Source: Lama guanicoe
Lineage: Eukaryota
Direction of reading: 5' to 3'
DNA: 64,000 bases
Assembly: GCA_013239625.1 (NCBI GenBank)
Contig: MU055785.1
Span: 2,108,001-2,172,000 of the forward strand
Below the pieces are notes generated by a model that was given only the letters and a program-made list of their open reading frames with translations, searched no databases and was not told where the DNA came from. The first letter of the stretch is position 1. Each line of letters begins with the position of its first letter. Shown here in pieces: positions 37,489 through 49,272 of this stretch. The translations under genes were made by a program, and so were the position numbers.

Positions 37489-38255
37489 CTGGAGAAGGAT
37501 GAGGGGAAGTGGGTAAGGACAGGAAGGAGGCAGGTACTGCTACACCCTGCCCCCGGGACGCCGGCACCTCCACGAGGGGGCTGGACCCGGTGCTTAGACC
37601 CTCATGCAAGATGGGGCCTCTGGCAGGACGATCACGGGGCCACCCTAAACCCAGAACGGGGGTCTGACACAGCCTCCTGGAGAACACTGGTCACCCCAGG
37701 CCCATCCTGTCCCTGCAAACGGAAGTGAGAGCCTGAGCTCCAGGCGGGCGGGGACCAGGTCTGGCCCGGCAACCACAGGGGGTCAATAAATCATGAACAA
37801 ATGAAGGAAAGAAAAGGCAGAGGGAAGGGAAGCAGCCTGGGGCTCAGGCAGGCACGCTAACAACACCTCCTGGTGACACTGGGAGAAGTTCCTTACATTC
37901 TGTTGTGACCATTTCAGTGACTGGGTCAACACTCTTCCCTTACTTTTCTTCCAGTGACTATTTCTTGAGACAAAGAGCATACTCACTCAGTCCATAAATC
38001 CCTTTTGATGGCCTACTATGTGCCAGGCGCTGCTCTGGGTGCTAACGATAGATCACTGGACAGAGCAGAGCGGACCCTGCCGGGTGCAGCTACCTTCTAG
38101 TAGCTCCTGCCAGAGGGCGGCTTTGTAGACCACTGGGTGTGCTCCTTAGAAACACAGGCGTGTTTCCGTGCACGCAGGAGTGAGTGTGCACACGCACGGC
38201 CTCTCCCCATCCCCGGGGCCCAGCGGCCTGCCACCCGCCAGCCCGCGGGCCTCAC

Positions 38256-38386
38256 CTGGAACACCTGCCCATCCACCTCCGCGTAGGCCTTCACCGCGTG
38301 CTCTGGGAACATGAAGGTGACAAAGGCAAAGCCTTTGGGCTTCTTGGTCAGGCTGTCGATAGGGTAATGCAGCTCAGACAGGGGAC
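38256..38386 (-). CDS. RBM19: RBM19 exon 11 (GPLSELHYPID...DGQVFQ, RRM3)
   Basis: GCAG|GT acceptor, CAG|GTGAGG donor, 131 nt; RNP1 KGFAFVTF. Confidence 0.96.
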
Positions 38387-39090
38387 CTGCGGGCAGGAAC
38401 GGCGTCAGTCCTGGGTCCTGGGTCCTACTCAGGGCCTCCTTGTCCCTACAAGAGCACCGTCCACCAGCTCCGAGCCTCTGCAACTCACAGCGGGGAGACA
38501 CCGCAGGGGGTCATAAAAGCATCGAGACCTTTACCCCCTATTCTGAACCCTGCCTTCCCTTCAACAACCATGACTTTACAAACAAGCACAGCCCAGTGGG
38601 CGGAGCTGAACTACAGTCCTTCAAGTTCATGTCTGGCAAAATAAGATGGACAAGAGTGACAATAAACATAGTCCTCGCCACCAAATCTATTCAGATACTC
38701 AGTTTGAAGAGTGAGACTATTCAGACAGCAGAGTTCAGACCGGGGAGCACGGCCTGTTCACATGTACACGGCCAGCGGACGTCAATACCGAAGCATCGGA
38801 TGGTGGGGGTAGCTCACAAAACTGCACCCAAATCCCATCAGTTCTGAGTATGGACAAGAGTGAACGGGGTCTGGGTCCGGACGGCAGAAGGTGTCTGTGA
38901 TGCTGTCTGTGACTGGAGAGCTCTGCCATGTACTGATGTGTGAATCCTCACAGTAGCTCCAACCCCATTTCATGGATGAGAAAACTGAGGGGCAAGTCAC
39001 CAGCCCCGGGCCAGGAGCTGCTGGGAGGCAGATGGGGGCCTGGACCACGTGTCAGGGGTACGTGTGGCGAGCCGGGGGCCATGCCCCTAC

Positions 39091-39294
39091 CATATTTGGA
39101 GAAGAGCTTCTCCAGGTCCTCCTCGGTGCTGGTGTAGGGCAGGTTTCGCACAAAGAGCCTCCCGGAGTCGGCCAGGTCCTCCTCCTCTTCATGCTCCCCG
39201 AGCGTCCGGCCTTGCCAGAGTTTGGCGGTGTTCTTCAGGGGCGCCTTGGCCGGGGGGATGTTTTTCTCCCGGAACACCTCGATGTAGCGCCCAC
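39091..39294 (-). CDS. RBM19: RBM19 exon 10 (GGRYIEVFRE...EKLFSKY; end of RRM2, start of RRM3)
   Basis: GCAG|GT acceptor, ATG|GTAGGG donor, 204 nt. Confidence 0.95.
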
Positions 39295-40254
39295 CTGCAC
39301 GAGGAAAGAGAGTCAGGTCCCTGGGGGATGGAACCTGCAGTTTCCAAACTCTTCTGCTGCCTTCCAGATGCCACAGTGGAGGCGGTCTATCATGGTGCTG
39401 GACGCCAGGCTCTGGTAACCAGGGTGGCGGCCTGAGCTGATGCCAGCCTGAGCTGGGAGGCCCTTTCCCCGAATCTCACTCGTCCTGCAAGTTCAGCTTC
39501 AGCTGTGGGTGGGCCTGCCTGGGCCAGCCCAGTCCCCGGTGCCACAACCTCCCAATTCCAGGGCCTGGTACTGGGCGCTGCCCTGGGGACCATCTTGTGT
39601 GACGACCCAACCCTGAGGAGCCGCCTTGTGCTGCTGAGCTGTTTTCCTGCATCGCCCTGCGTGCCCTTTTAGAACGCGACCATCACCTCCACATGCACGC
39701 AGTAGGTGCTCGATAAATTCCTACCACCTGACTTGCTAGCAAGATGGCTTGGGCTCCTCCTCTTCCCTAACAGAACACATGCCTTCATGAGGAGGGGACG
39801 GCTGGATCTGAATCACCTGTCCACGCCAGGGTCGGGCCAAAAATCAAGTCCCTGAGTATCCCTCAGGTGACCTCCCGACTCCGGACCCTGGACTTGCTGT
39901 TCCCTGCAGTGGAACGGCCCACCCCACAAAGCCAGAGCCTGCTCCCTCTCGTCCTCCAGGTTCTGCTCCAATGTCACCAGCTCAGTGAGGCCCCAGAGGA
40001 CAAGATACTGTTTCAAACACGCCTCCTCTAACCCCAGTCCTCTCCTGCATTAATCCACAGCCCAGCCCCTCTGGTTACTGCCCGTCTCTCCCTCTCTATG
40101 TAAGTTTCCTCTACAGGAAGGGCAGGGGGTTTGGACTGTTTTGCTCACAGCTGTATCCTCAGTGCCTGGCCCTCGAGAAAACTTTACAGAGAGACGGAAT
40201 GAATGTCCGAGCTCCTGCCACCACGCAGGGCTGGCCCCGCCCGGGTGCCCTTAC

Positions 40255-40326
40255 CCAGGTACTCTCTGTTGCATTTCAGAGCTTTCTTCACCTCCTCTTC
40301 GCTGCTGAAATCCACAAAGACGTACC
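40255..40326 (-). CDS. RBM19: RBM19 exon 9 (GYVFVDFSSEEEVKKALKCNREYL)
   Basis: TTTTACAG|GG acceptor, TGG|GTAAGG donor, 72 nt. Confidence 0.95.
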
Positions 40327-40868
40327 CTGTAAAAGGACCACGATGAAGGGAAGATCTGTAAGCCCTGCAGACACCCGTGGGAGCCACAGAGGAGCACCCA
40401 CCCTTTGCTAGGAATTTCGGGGAATCTGAGCAGGAAGTAGGGGGAAAAAACCCTATTTCTGGCAAATCTCCAAAATACAGAGAGACTCCCTTCCACCCTC
40501 CTAACCCTGCCTCCAGCCAAATTTCCCTTTGCAGGGAGTATTCGGACCCTCTGGCCAGTTTTACGAATGAGGATGCGGGACTGTAGGAGTCACAAATACG
40601 GCAGGCCTCTGCTCCCTCCCAGCCTCACCTCACCCTGACATTCTCTGGGCAAGTGCCCGTGGGGACAGTGCTGTCACCCAGCTCAGTACCAGAGGGGCCG
40701 ACTCCACAGTGACTCTGGCCACAAGTGCCTGCGGCCCTGACTAGCAGAGACAAGCATGTGGGGTCCTCCCTGGAACATGAGAGACCGCGCACCCTCGACC
40801 CCACCGGGCCTTAACCCTGAGAAGCAGCAGAGGAGGCCCCCTGCCCACTTTCCTAGAGGAGGCAGCTG

Positions 40869-40916
40869 ACACGCCCACGGACACACAGCTAACACGCCCA
40901 CGGACACAGGGCTAAC
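40869..40916. repeat. Short tandem duplication, period 23 (ACACGCCCACGGACAC...GCTAAC x2)
   Basis: Direct inspection. Confidence 0.8.
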
Positions 40917-42427
40917 AGGTGGCAGTGCTGTAATTGGAGCCAAAGCCGGCAGGTTTTGGCCTAGAGCACAAGACCCTCCCCTAAAGGACTGCAAAAGTCC
41001 CCACCCAGCCCACCTGCCTCCTCCTGGGCCCTGCCCTCACCAGCTGGGGATCTTTTTGAACCCAATCTTGGCCTCCCCTTGCTTTAGGCCCCAATAGGCC
41101 CCTGCACCCAGGCTGAAGCCCACAGTCACTACCGAGCCCCCAGCCTGGGGGCCGGGCCCCGCCTCCACACTGTCCATGCTGTGGGGAGCTTTCTGCGGCT
41201 CCTCAAAAGCGTCCTGCTCATCTGCCAGCTTCCTCCAGCACCACGGCCTCCGGCATGGTCTTCCCTCGACCCTGGCGGCTCAAACGTGCTCCTTCCTGCT
41301 CCCTCTGGCCAACCCCCGCTCACCCTCCTGGCCTCCGAACTGCGGTGGAAGAGGGGTACCACCAGCCCTGCCAATGTGGGCAGCAGCCCGCAGGGATTGT
41401 GTAATAGGTGTTCGGCATCGTTCTAAATGCTGTACACGTATATTAACTCACTGAATCTGCACAGCACAATGAGCCAGGACCCCCTAATGCACAGATGAGG
41501 AAACTGAGGTTAAGTTCTGGTCCCAGGTCACAGAGCTCACAGTGGCTGAGCCGGGATTTGAACCTGGGCAGAGGGTCGCCCTCCCTCACGACGCAGGTGT
41601 GCACAGAGGGATGGCTGGACATGGGGATCTGCGAGGTAGGCAGGCCTTAAGTGCTCAGAGGAGAGCTGGGAGGAAATGTGGAGCCTCAAAGGGGCTGGGA
41701 CTGCCTCTAAAGCAGGAACCTTTCTCCCCAGACTCCAGCCCCCGAACACCCCAACCGCTCTGCCTTACCAGTGTCTCCTGGCCAAACACAGCCTCCCCTG
41801 CCCGGCCTCCCCGGGGCCAGAGGGACTTTGTGTGGTTCTCCAAGGAGCGCCAACCCCACTGCTGCGCGTCCTGCAGCCTCCTGGCCTGGCCAGCACGTGG
41901 GCATGGGTAGGCTCCCACCTGTCCAAGCTCAGACCCTTCCTCCCAGTGTGTTCCCAGCCCGGGGCAGCCAGAACTCCAGAACCCAGGGCGTGGGCTGGCT
42001 GCCCAGAGAGAGAGAGGGCAGCTCAGGGCAACACCATGTGTTCTCAGCAGCTCCGGGTGCCGGCCATCCGCAGAGCTGCCCAAGGACCTCGTCCAGCAAA
42101 CCCTAGACCCCATGGGCTTCACACAGCAAACCACAAGACCAGGGACACTCATTTAAATGAAAGAGGTGAGCCCATTGGCATGAGCGCAGGCTGAGGGTAA
42201 GGAGGAGAGAGAAGAAAAACGGGTGGAAACCTCATACAGGGCAGCCAGCTGCAGGGGACAAGGGGCAGACCCCTGTCTGAGCACCTTAACCACATCCACA
42301 GAACCGGGGACCACAGAAGGGAAAAAATACCACTGCCCTCAAAACACTGCTGCAGTCCAACAACTGCCCCGACCTTCCTTCTTTACCCCACGCCTTTCCA
42401 ACGCCCCCGAAACACCCCAGACCTTAC

Positions 42428-42506
42428 CTGTTTTGTTTCCATGAGCATTTTTCACTATCCGAATGGCCACTGGTTTCAGGGGTGCCAGGAATTCTATAAC
42501 ATTTTT
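42428..42506 (-). CDS. RBM19: RBM19 exon 8 (KNVIEFLAPLKPVAIRIVKNAHGNKT)
   Basis: CACAG|AAA acceptor, CAG|GTAAGG donor, 79 nt. Confidence 0.95.
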
Positions 42507-43126
42507 CTGTGGGGAGAAAAAAAAGTTTTCCTCCCTTTCTCAATCCAGTAACAAAAGTGTAAACCCCATAAAGAAACACAGGCCAAATTTCTGAATTCAG
42601 AAAGGAATACCAAAGGGTTTCACCCTTTATAGTTCCTCTCTTTCCTCTAAGTTATACACACGTTCTCTCCATCATAAAATAAAACTGCCTTGGAAAAACT
42701 TTTTTATTTTTTAAGGTGGAGAGAAATGATGACTTAATATAAAACAGTAAGGACACCGTTGGCATTTTAAGGTATTGTTTCTGATTATTTTTTCTTAAGT
42801 ACCTTTCGACTTGATGGGGGTATTGATCACAAAGCCTTAAGTATTTACTACCTGGCCTTATAAAAAAAAGCTTTTAATCAGAAAAAGTTTGCCCATCCCT
42901 AGCGTAGCTGTTCAGTGAGACCAGCCTTTCTCGGTCTCTGTACAGCCGTCCCTGTTTCCTGACCCTGATGATGCCCCAGATCCTATTTCTCAGCCTTCTT
43001 GGCCCCCGATTCCTTCCAGCTCGTCCTCACCGATGCCAAAGCCCCCACGCAGCAGAGCTCCTGGCAACCTCACCCTCGTGTCCTGCTCCCCGGGGCTCCT
43101 GGCCCCGTCCTGTAATTGACACATAC

Positions 43127-43207
43127 CTCTGTGACGTTGAAGGGGGCTCCCCGCAGCTTCACGGTGTGGGGGGTGGTGGGTTCCTTCTGGTTCGCTGGTC
43201 TCTCTGT
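43127..43207 (-). CDS. RBM19: RBM19 exon 7 (TERPANQKEPTTPHTVKLRGAPFNVTE, start of RRM2)
   Basis: CTCAG|ACA acceptor, GAG|GTATGT donor, 81 nt. Confidence 0.95.
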
Positions 43208-44713
43208 CTGAGGGATGGCAAAGAGCACAAATGGCCACGGTGAGCTCCCTGGTGCGGCCCAGATGCCGCAGGGGGTGCTCCGCGGATGTTCAGTCTGGCC
43301 AGAGCCCGGGGTGGGAGGTGCCAAGCCGCCACGTGCCCCCGAGATGAGGGCTAGGAGCCAAGCCCACCACACTGGGGGTCAGCTCACAGGGGCCCCAGGC
43401 CACACGGAGGGGCAGAGCCTGGGGAAGCAGCCCTAAGGTCCAGCGGCATTTGCTCCTGCTGAGTTAGGGCTCACACGGTACCAGGCGCTGTGCAAAGCTC
43501 ACTTTGCAGGCACGACTGTCCCCTTGAATCTTTAAAACAATCTTACAGGGATTAGAGATTCGGGATGTTTTTTGTAATTTTGGAATTTAAACAGCTACGG
43601 GAAGCCTAATTTTCTGGCTAATGCCTTTGGTCACAAACCCTGCCCTGAGCTGCCGGGATGCAGTTTAGGCTTTGCATCCACTCCAAGGAGCACGAGTGGC
43701 CATTTCACAGCAGCAACAGCCACGTGCTTGATTTTGGGGTGCTGCCCTGCACATGGTCTGGGGTCTCTTCCTGAAAGCTGGAACTTCTGAGCCCCAGCGT
43801 ACACTCACGCACACAGGTTTTGAAAACTGGACACAGGGACCAGTACTCTGCTGAGCGTGGATTTTAGATGAGGATCAGTGGCCCGCAGAGAAGCACCAGG
43901 TCCCACAGAGGCTCCGTGACAGAGCTGGGATTTGAACCCAGAGCTCCCTGACTTACCACACTTGACTGCCTCTCTGGGAGATACATTTTGAGAAGAAAAG
44001 GACAAGGGGTGGCAATTAAGGGGGCAGAAAAGGAAAAGAGGAAGAAGGGGAAGGAGAAAAAGATGGGAGAAGAGGGACTGGAGACCCAAAGGCTGTGTGA
44101 GGCCGCCCTGAACAGAGAGGACTCCCAGGTAGGACACAGGGTGGCCGTCCCCAAAGGTAGCATCCATGTTTGTATATGACCCCAGAGCCTGGCACGCCTG
44201 GGTCTGGGCCTGGGTCCTGACCCCACCACTTCCCAGCTGTGACCTCAGGCAAGTCACTTTCCTTCTCTGGGCCTCAATTTCCTCATCTGTAAAATGGGAC
44301 CAGAATCCCCAGTCCCCCGGACTGTCCTGAGATGCAGTGACAAATGGCAGCCATGGTACCTTGTCTGCAATAAGTGCCCAAGGAACTCCACCTATTCTGG
44401 CCGACCTGGGGCTGACATCTATACCTCTTGCTACTAAATACAAACAAGCTCCGGTCCGTCGTGAGCTCATTTTCGGCCCCCAACTCCAGAGGGACAGGCA
44501 GCAACAGGGAATGAACTCAGAGAGGGGAAGCGCTTGCCTGGGGTCACACAGCAAGCAAGCAGCAGGGCCGAGGGCTGAAGGCCAGTCTCTGGGCAGCTGA
44601 GCTGTCTTTTCTCTAGACTACAACCCCCGACAAAGGGGCTGCAGGGAACCTGGGCGAGGGCCAGGACGGACCTCCTGCCCCCGGCTCCCAAGTGCACCCC
44701 GATCCACACGCAC

Positions 44714-44970
44714 CTTGGCTCGGTCTACCTCTGGCTTTGCATTCCCGGGCACAGCCCCCGTCCTCTCTTGGTCCCGCTGGGCGGGGGCGGTGCAGGAACC
44801 CTCCTCCTCGGCCTCGCTCCCTTCCTCACAGTTCACGGCTTCATCCTCACTCTCCTCCTCCTCCTCCGAGGATGACGATGACCCGGCCTGCACCACCTTG
44901 GACTTCAGGTAATCCATGTCCGACAGCTCCTTCTGCGCCGCTGCCTTGGGTTCAGGGCCGTCACCCTCCT
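44714..44970 (-). CDS. RBM19: RBM19 exon 6 (acidic linker, ...ELSDMDYLKSK...DRAK)
   Basis: TTTCCAG|AG acceptor, AAG|GTGCGT donor, 257 nt, restores phase 0. Confidence 0.92.
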
Positions 44971-46038
44971 CTGGAAAGACAGGGAGGCTGCGAGTCAGCG
45001 ATGGCTGTGAGCAAACCAGAAGGCTGGGAAGGCAGACAGCGTGGCCATGTCACTGGTGGGGGCGGAAGGTGCCAAGCCCACAGTGACTGGGGCGCTGCAC
45101 CAGGCAGCCCCAGTCCCAGTCAGTCCTTGGGGAAATAACGTCAAATGGGGAGAAGCTGATGGAGTTTTGATAGTTTCTGGTTGTACCACCCTCGCCGATC
45201 CATTCTTCCATCTGCAGCCAGCACGATCTTTTGGAGAAGATGGACAGGACTGTGACTCCTTGGTTAAAACCCTCTGGGGGTTCCCAGACACTCTCAGGAT
45301 GAAACCCAAACTCCCCATCAGGCCCCATGAGCTCACCAGCTTCTCCTCCAGCTCCCACGGCTCCAGCTGCCCCGAGCACGTGGAGCCCCCTCCAGCTCCT
45401 GCACCTCCCTCTCCGCTGCACCTGTGCCAGGCTGTTCCCTCTGCCCCCAACTCCCTCTCCCCTCCCCCTCCGTGTGCCACCAACTCTGAGGGAGTCTGGA
45501 TCCCAGCTCTGCTCAGGAACTACCCACCATAAAATTCATATTATATTCATTCTCTCGCCTTTGAATCAAAGTTGGTTACTGCCCCTCGACCGCCGTTACC
45601 ATCCTGGACCAGGCTTGCTCACGTGCCGTAGGGGCCCCTCTACGACACCATGAGCCCCGTCTGAGGACAAACACTCACTCCCTCACCTCCTTCAGGCCTT
45701 GGCTCAAGGGCCACCTCCTCAGAGTCCTTCCCCAGTGACTCCCCTGGGCCCCCTTTCCTGCTTTCTCTCTGTGGCATCATGTTCACGTCATACACTAAAG
45801 AGCACACCGATTTCTTTATTGTTTCTCTGCTCACTGCTGCATCCCCAAAGCCTGAAGTAGCGCCTGGCATACAGTAGGTGCCCAATAAATATAAGTGACT
45901 GACTGAATGAATAAGGGGCCAGGCCAGGTCAAGGCCGATAACCACCGCTCTGCAGGGCAGTGTCCAACGTACCATCTCCCGCGTCTGGCACCAAGGGGCC
46001 CCAGGTCACACGCACCCAGGCAGGGGGCACCCCCTTAC

Positions 46039-46231
46039 CTCCCAGGTCCTCCATGGCCCCTTCCTCCTCACTCTCCTGCCCCGAGTCGGAGTCGAAGTTC
46101 AGATAGTCATTGGCTGGCTTGCTCTTCCCTTTCAAGGGCTCAGCATCCAGGGCATCGTTCGCCCAGATGGCCACCTGCGTCCGCTTTTGGTGAACCGACA
46201 GGAACTCCCGGAACTCGTCATCCTCCTTCAG
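46039..46231 (-). CDS. RBM19: RBM19 exon 5 (LKEDDEFREFL...EDLG)
   Basis: CCCAG|CTG acceptor, GAG|GTAAGG donor, 193 nt, ends in phase 1. Confidence 0.95.
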
Positions 46232-46511
46232 CTGGGGAGGCGGGAAGAAGGGAGGACAGGCAGATGAGGCTCAGGGAGGGCCCACCCTTCCCAGCCTCGG
46301 GAGGGTAAGAGCATCCTCCAAGGTCATTACTTCCGGTCTCAGGGACCCCTGGGGTCAGCTGGGTCAGTCCTGGGGAGGGCAGCATCAGACAGGAAGACAA
46401 AGGAGCCGCCGAGACACGGCGAGGGGAGATGAGAGGCAGGGCTCCGGCTTCCAGGCCCGCCTGCCACAGCCCCCCCGGCCCGGCCTCCCCCGGTCACCAG
46501 GACAGACTCAC

Positions 46512-46550
46512 CTTCTCCAGGTCACCTGCTACCTTTTCCTTTCCGTCATC
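46512..46550 (-). CDS. RBM19: RBM19 exon 4 (DDGKEKVAGDLEK)
   Basis: TTCCAG|GAT acceptor, AAG|GTGAGT donor, 39 nt. Confidence 0.93.
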
Positions 46551-46734
46551 CTGGAAACAGAAGGCACAAGCGGGGAGGGTCACAGAGGAAAGGAGACAGA
46601 ACCCACTGCCCCGAGAAAGCCACCTTAGGGAACCATCCTAGAGGGATTGCCAGCTCCCTCCCACTCCCACTGCCCCGCCCTCCCAGCGGTGACCGCTGGC
46701 CGCCCTGCTGACATGGGAGTGGCCCACCACGCAC

Positions 46735-46860
46735 TTTCTTAGTTTCCGGGAGAACGGAGGCTTTGTCTTTCGGAGGAGGCTTGGACTGGCTTGGTTTCTG
46801 GGCATGTTTGCTCCAAGCCCGGGGCTTTGTGGGGTCCCCAAACGATTTGCAGAACTCCAC
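46735..46860 (-). CDS. RBM19: RBM19 exon 3 (VEFCKSFGDP...PETKK)
   Basis: CAG|GTG acceptor, AAA|GTGCGT donor, 126 nt. Confidence 0.93.
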
Positions 46861-48272
46861 CTGCGAGGGACAGAGAGGGTGATGATGACACCCACCCCCA
46901 TGCCCGGCAGGGATGCTGTGCTCCAACGCCTGGGAGCCTGGCCTCTTTAAAAAGGCAACTGCTGGTGACTGGCCGAGACAGTTAACGAAAGTGACATCCT
47001 CCCCTCGCTGCGCCTTTCTCCTCCTTCACGTGGCCGTTACAGTTGTCAGCATTTATAGAGAAACCCTGCTGCCTTAGTGCTTCCCAAGTGTGAATACACC
47101 GAGCGTCCCCACTTCTCAGATCAGGCAACTGAGGCACAGAGAGGTTGAGTAACTTGCCCTGGGCCACCAAGGTAGCAGGTGAACAAGCAAGCAGAGGCCA
47201 GGAGTCAGGGAGTCTGGATCCCGGGCTCTTCGCCATCTGCTCCAGAGGTAGCTGCGAGGATGACACAGAGCCCAGCACGAGGCTCTGCTAACACCTGTCA
47301 GTATTACGGTCATGAGTGTGGAGAGAGCAACTCCAGGATGACGGGAAAAGCGGGGTGACCACCCTGGAGCCTGGCAGGGTGCTGAGTGGTAAGCCTGAGC
47401 TGACACGCCTCTTGGGGTCTAAACACCCTCAGCAGTCTCGTGATGACCTTCACGAGAGCTGGTCCTGCTGGGAGCTGCAGTGGGCACTTTTCCCCGCAGT
47501 CGAGGAGGATGCTGGCCGGCCAACCTCCACACTTTATTACAAAAGAGTTAACTGTGCATGGACTTTCAAAATAGTTTTGTTGTTTCCATAATAACGACCT
47601 GTGCCCGCTGTACAAAATTCAAATGACAGGGGAAAGTATGAAGAACGTAAAAAAAAGAAATTTTTTTAACCCCAATTCATCTCACCCAGAAAGAGAAATT
47701 AATATTTTGGCAGAAATCCTTCCACATGGTCCTCTGCACACACATCACACACGTGCAGAATGAGTGATGATTCTGTACCAGAGGGATCATATCACAATAC
47801 TTGTTCAACATGTGTTTTTTTTCCTCAACAAAGTGTTACAGGTGTTTTACTAAGTCATTAAATGCACATGGGTGACATGGGTGGGACCTTCTCCTCCAGG
47901 AAGCTTTCCTGACTCCCCCTGGCCTGGGGGAGGACCTCCCCTGTTCTCCAACAGTCCCCATCAGTACTGATGACAAAGAATGAAAGCAACCCGTTTGACT
48001 GTCAGGCCCCTGTCTACCTGCAGGCTGCTGGCTCTGTGAGGACAGGGGCCGGGGTGCCACTTTTCTTTAAATTCCCAACACCTAAATTCCCAGAGGGCGT
48101 TCACTGAGCACCTGCCGTCGGGTGAGTGAAAACCCCCAGGAAGTTTAAGAGGACAGGGAGGAAGACCAAAGGCATCACAGGCTGGCAGGGGACGGGCTCT
48201 GGACTTGGGTGTGGGGTGAAGGAGCATGTGGCATCCCTTCCGACAGGCAGGGCCGAGGTCCAGCTGACTCAC

Positions 48273-48455
48273 CGTGATCCGGGACGTGTCAATAAAGCTC
48301 CTGTTGAAATGGTTCAGCGCCGTCTGGGCCTCTTCCTCCGACTTGAAGCCGATGAAGCCAAACTTGCGGAACTTGCCGTCTTTGGTGAACTTGAGGCTGC
48401 AGTCCGTCAGCGTGCCGAAGGCGGTGAACAGCTGCCTGAACCGCTCCTCCTTCAT
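48273..48455 (-). CDS. RBM19: RBM19 exon 2 (MKEERF...DTSRIT, RRM1)
   Basis: Acceptor CCTAG|ATG, donor ACG|GTGAGT, 183 nt; RNP1 RKFGFIGF. Confidence 0.97.
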
Positions 48456-48814
48456 CTAGGACGGGAGGGGGGGCGATGAGACAAGGGGATGGCTGGGCTG
48501 GGAACCCGAGGCCGCGGGATTCCCCAGAGGTGACCACAGACAGGGCGGGAGCCGCGGGTGCTCTGCGGTTGGACCTGGTTCCAGCTCAAACCCTTTACCC
48601 ACTCCATCGATGAGTGGCTGCAATGAAATCGCCCCCCGCCCCCACGGGCTGCTCGGAAGACAAGGAGACCTGTTATACCAGGAGCCCAGCATCTGCCATG
48701 TAGCATCCCTAATAAACACGTCAGAATAAACGTGTGAATGAAGGAACATGGTAAACTACACAAGTGTTTGCTAACTGTACAGACTAATGGAAACTCCGCC
48801 CCCCCCGCCCCTCA

Positions 48815-49272
48815 CCCCCAAAGATGTCCATGTCCTAATCCCTGGGACCTGCGAAGGTGTGACCTTACATAAACGTGGCCAAAGGGAGTCTGTAGGTGTT
48901 ACCACATGAAGGGTTTTGAGATCATCCTGGATTATCCGCATGGACCCAATGTAATCACATGGGTCCCTGTAAGAGGGAGGCAGGAGGATCAGAGTTGGAA
49001 AAAGGATGTGATGATGGAAAAAGAGGACGGAAGACGCTATGGTTTTGAGGATTTAGCNNNNNNNNNNNNNNNNNNNNNNNNNNNNNNNNNNNNNNNNNNN
49101 NNNNNNNNNNNNNNNNNNNNNNNNNNNNNNNNNNNNNNNNNNNNNNNNNNNNNNNNNNNNNNNNNNNNNNNNNNNNNNNNNNNNNCCCGAAGTGTAAAAT
49201 AATAAAAATTCATCTGGTTTAAGTCACTAAGTTTGTGGTAATTTATTGTAGGAGCGAGAGAAAAACTAACAC
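48815..49272 (+). mobile_element. MLT1D-like solo LTR spanning the assembly gap
   Basis: CCCCCAAAGATGTCCATGTCCTAATCCCTG...ATCCTGGATTATCC before the gap; TTTAAGTCACTAAGTTTGTGGTAATTT...AAACTAACACA after it. Confidence 0.85.
49058..49185. other. Assembly gap (128 N)
   Basis: Run of N in RBM19 intron 1. Confidence 0.99.

Noticed and set aside
43805-44554. Longest ORF in the track (249 aa)
   Set aside because: It is intronic, overlaps MIR fragments and has no recognisable domain, so it is most likely a chance ORF in GC-rich DNA.
47961-48455. 164-aa RRM ORF as a stand-alone gene
   Set aside because: It is RBM19 exon 2 read through its donor into intron 2; the true start is in exon 1 at 51943.
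49058-49185. N gap hiding an RBM19 coding exon
   Set aside because: Exons 1 and 2 join in frame into an intact RRM1, and both gap flanks belong to one MLT1 LTR.
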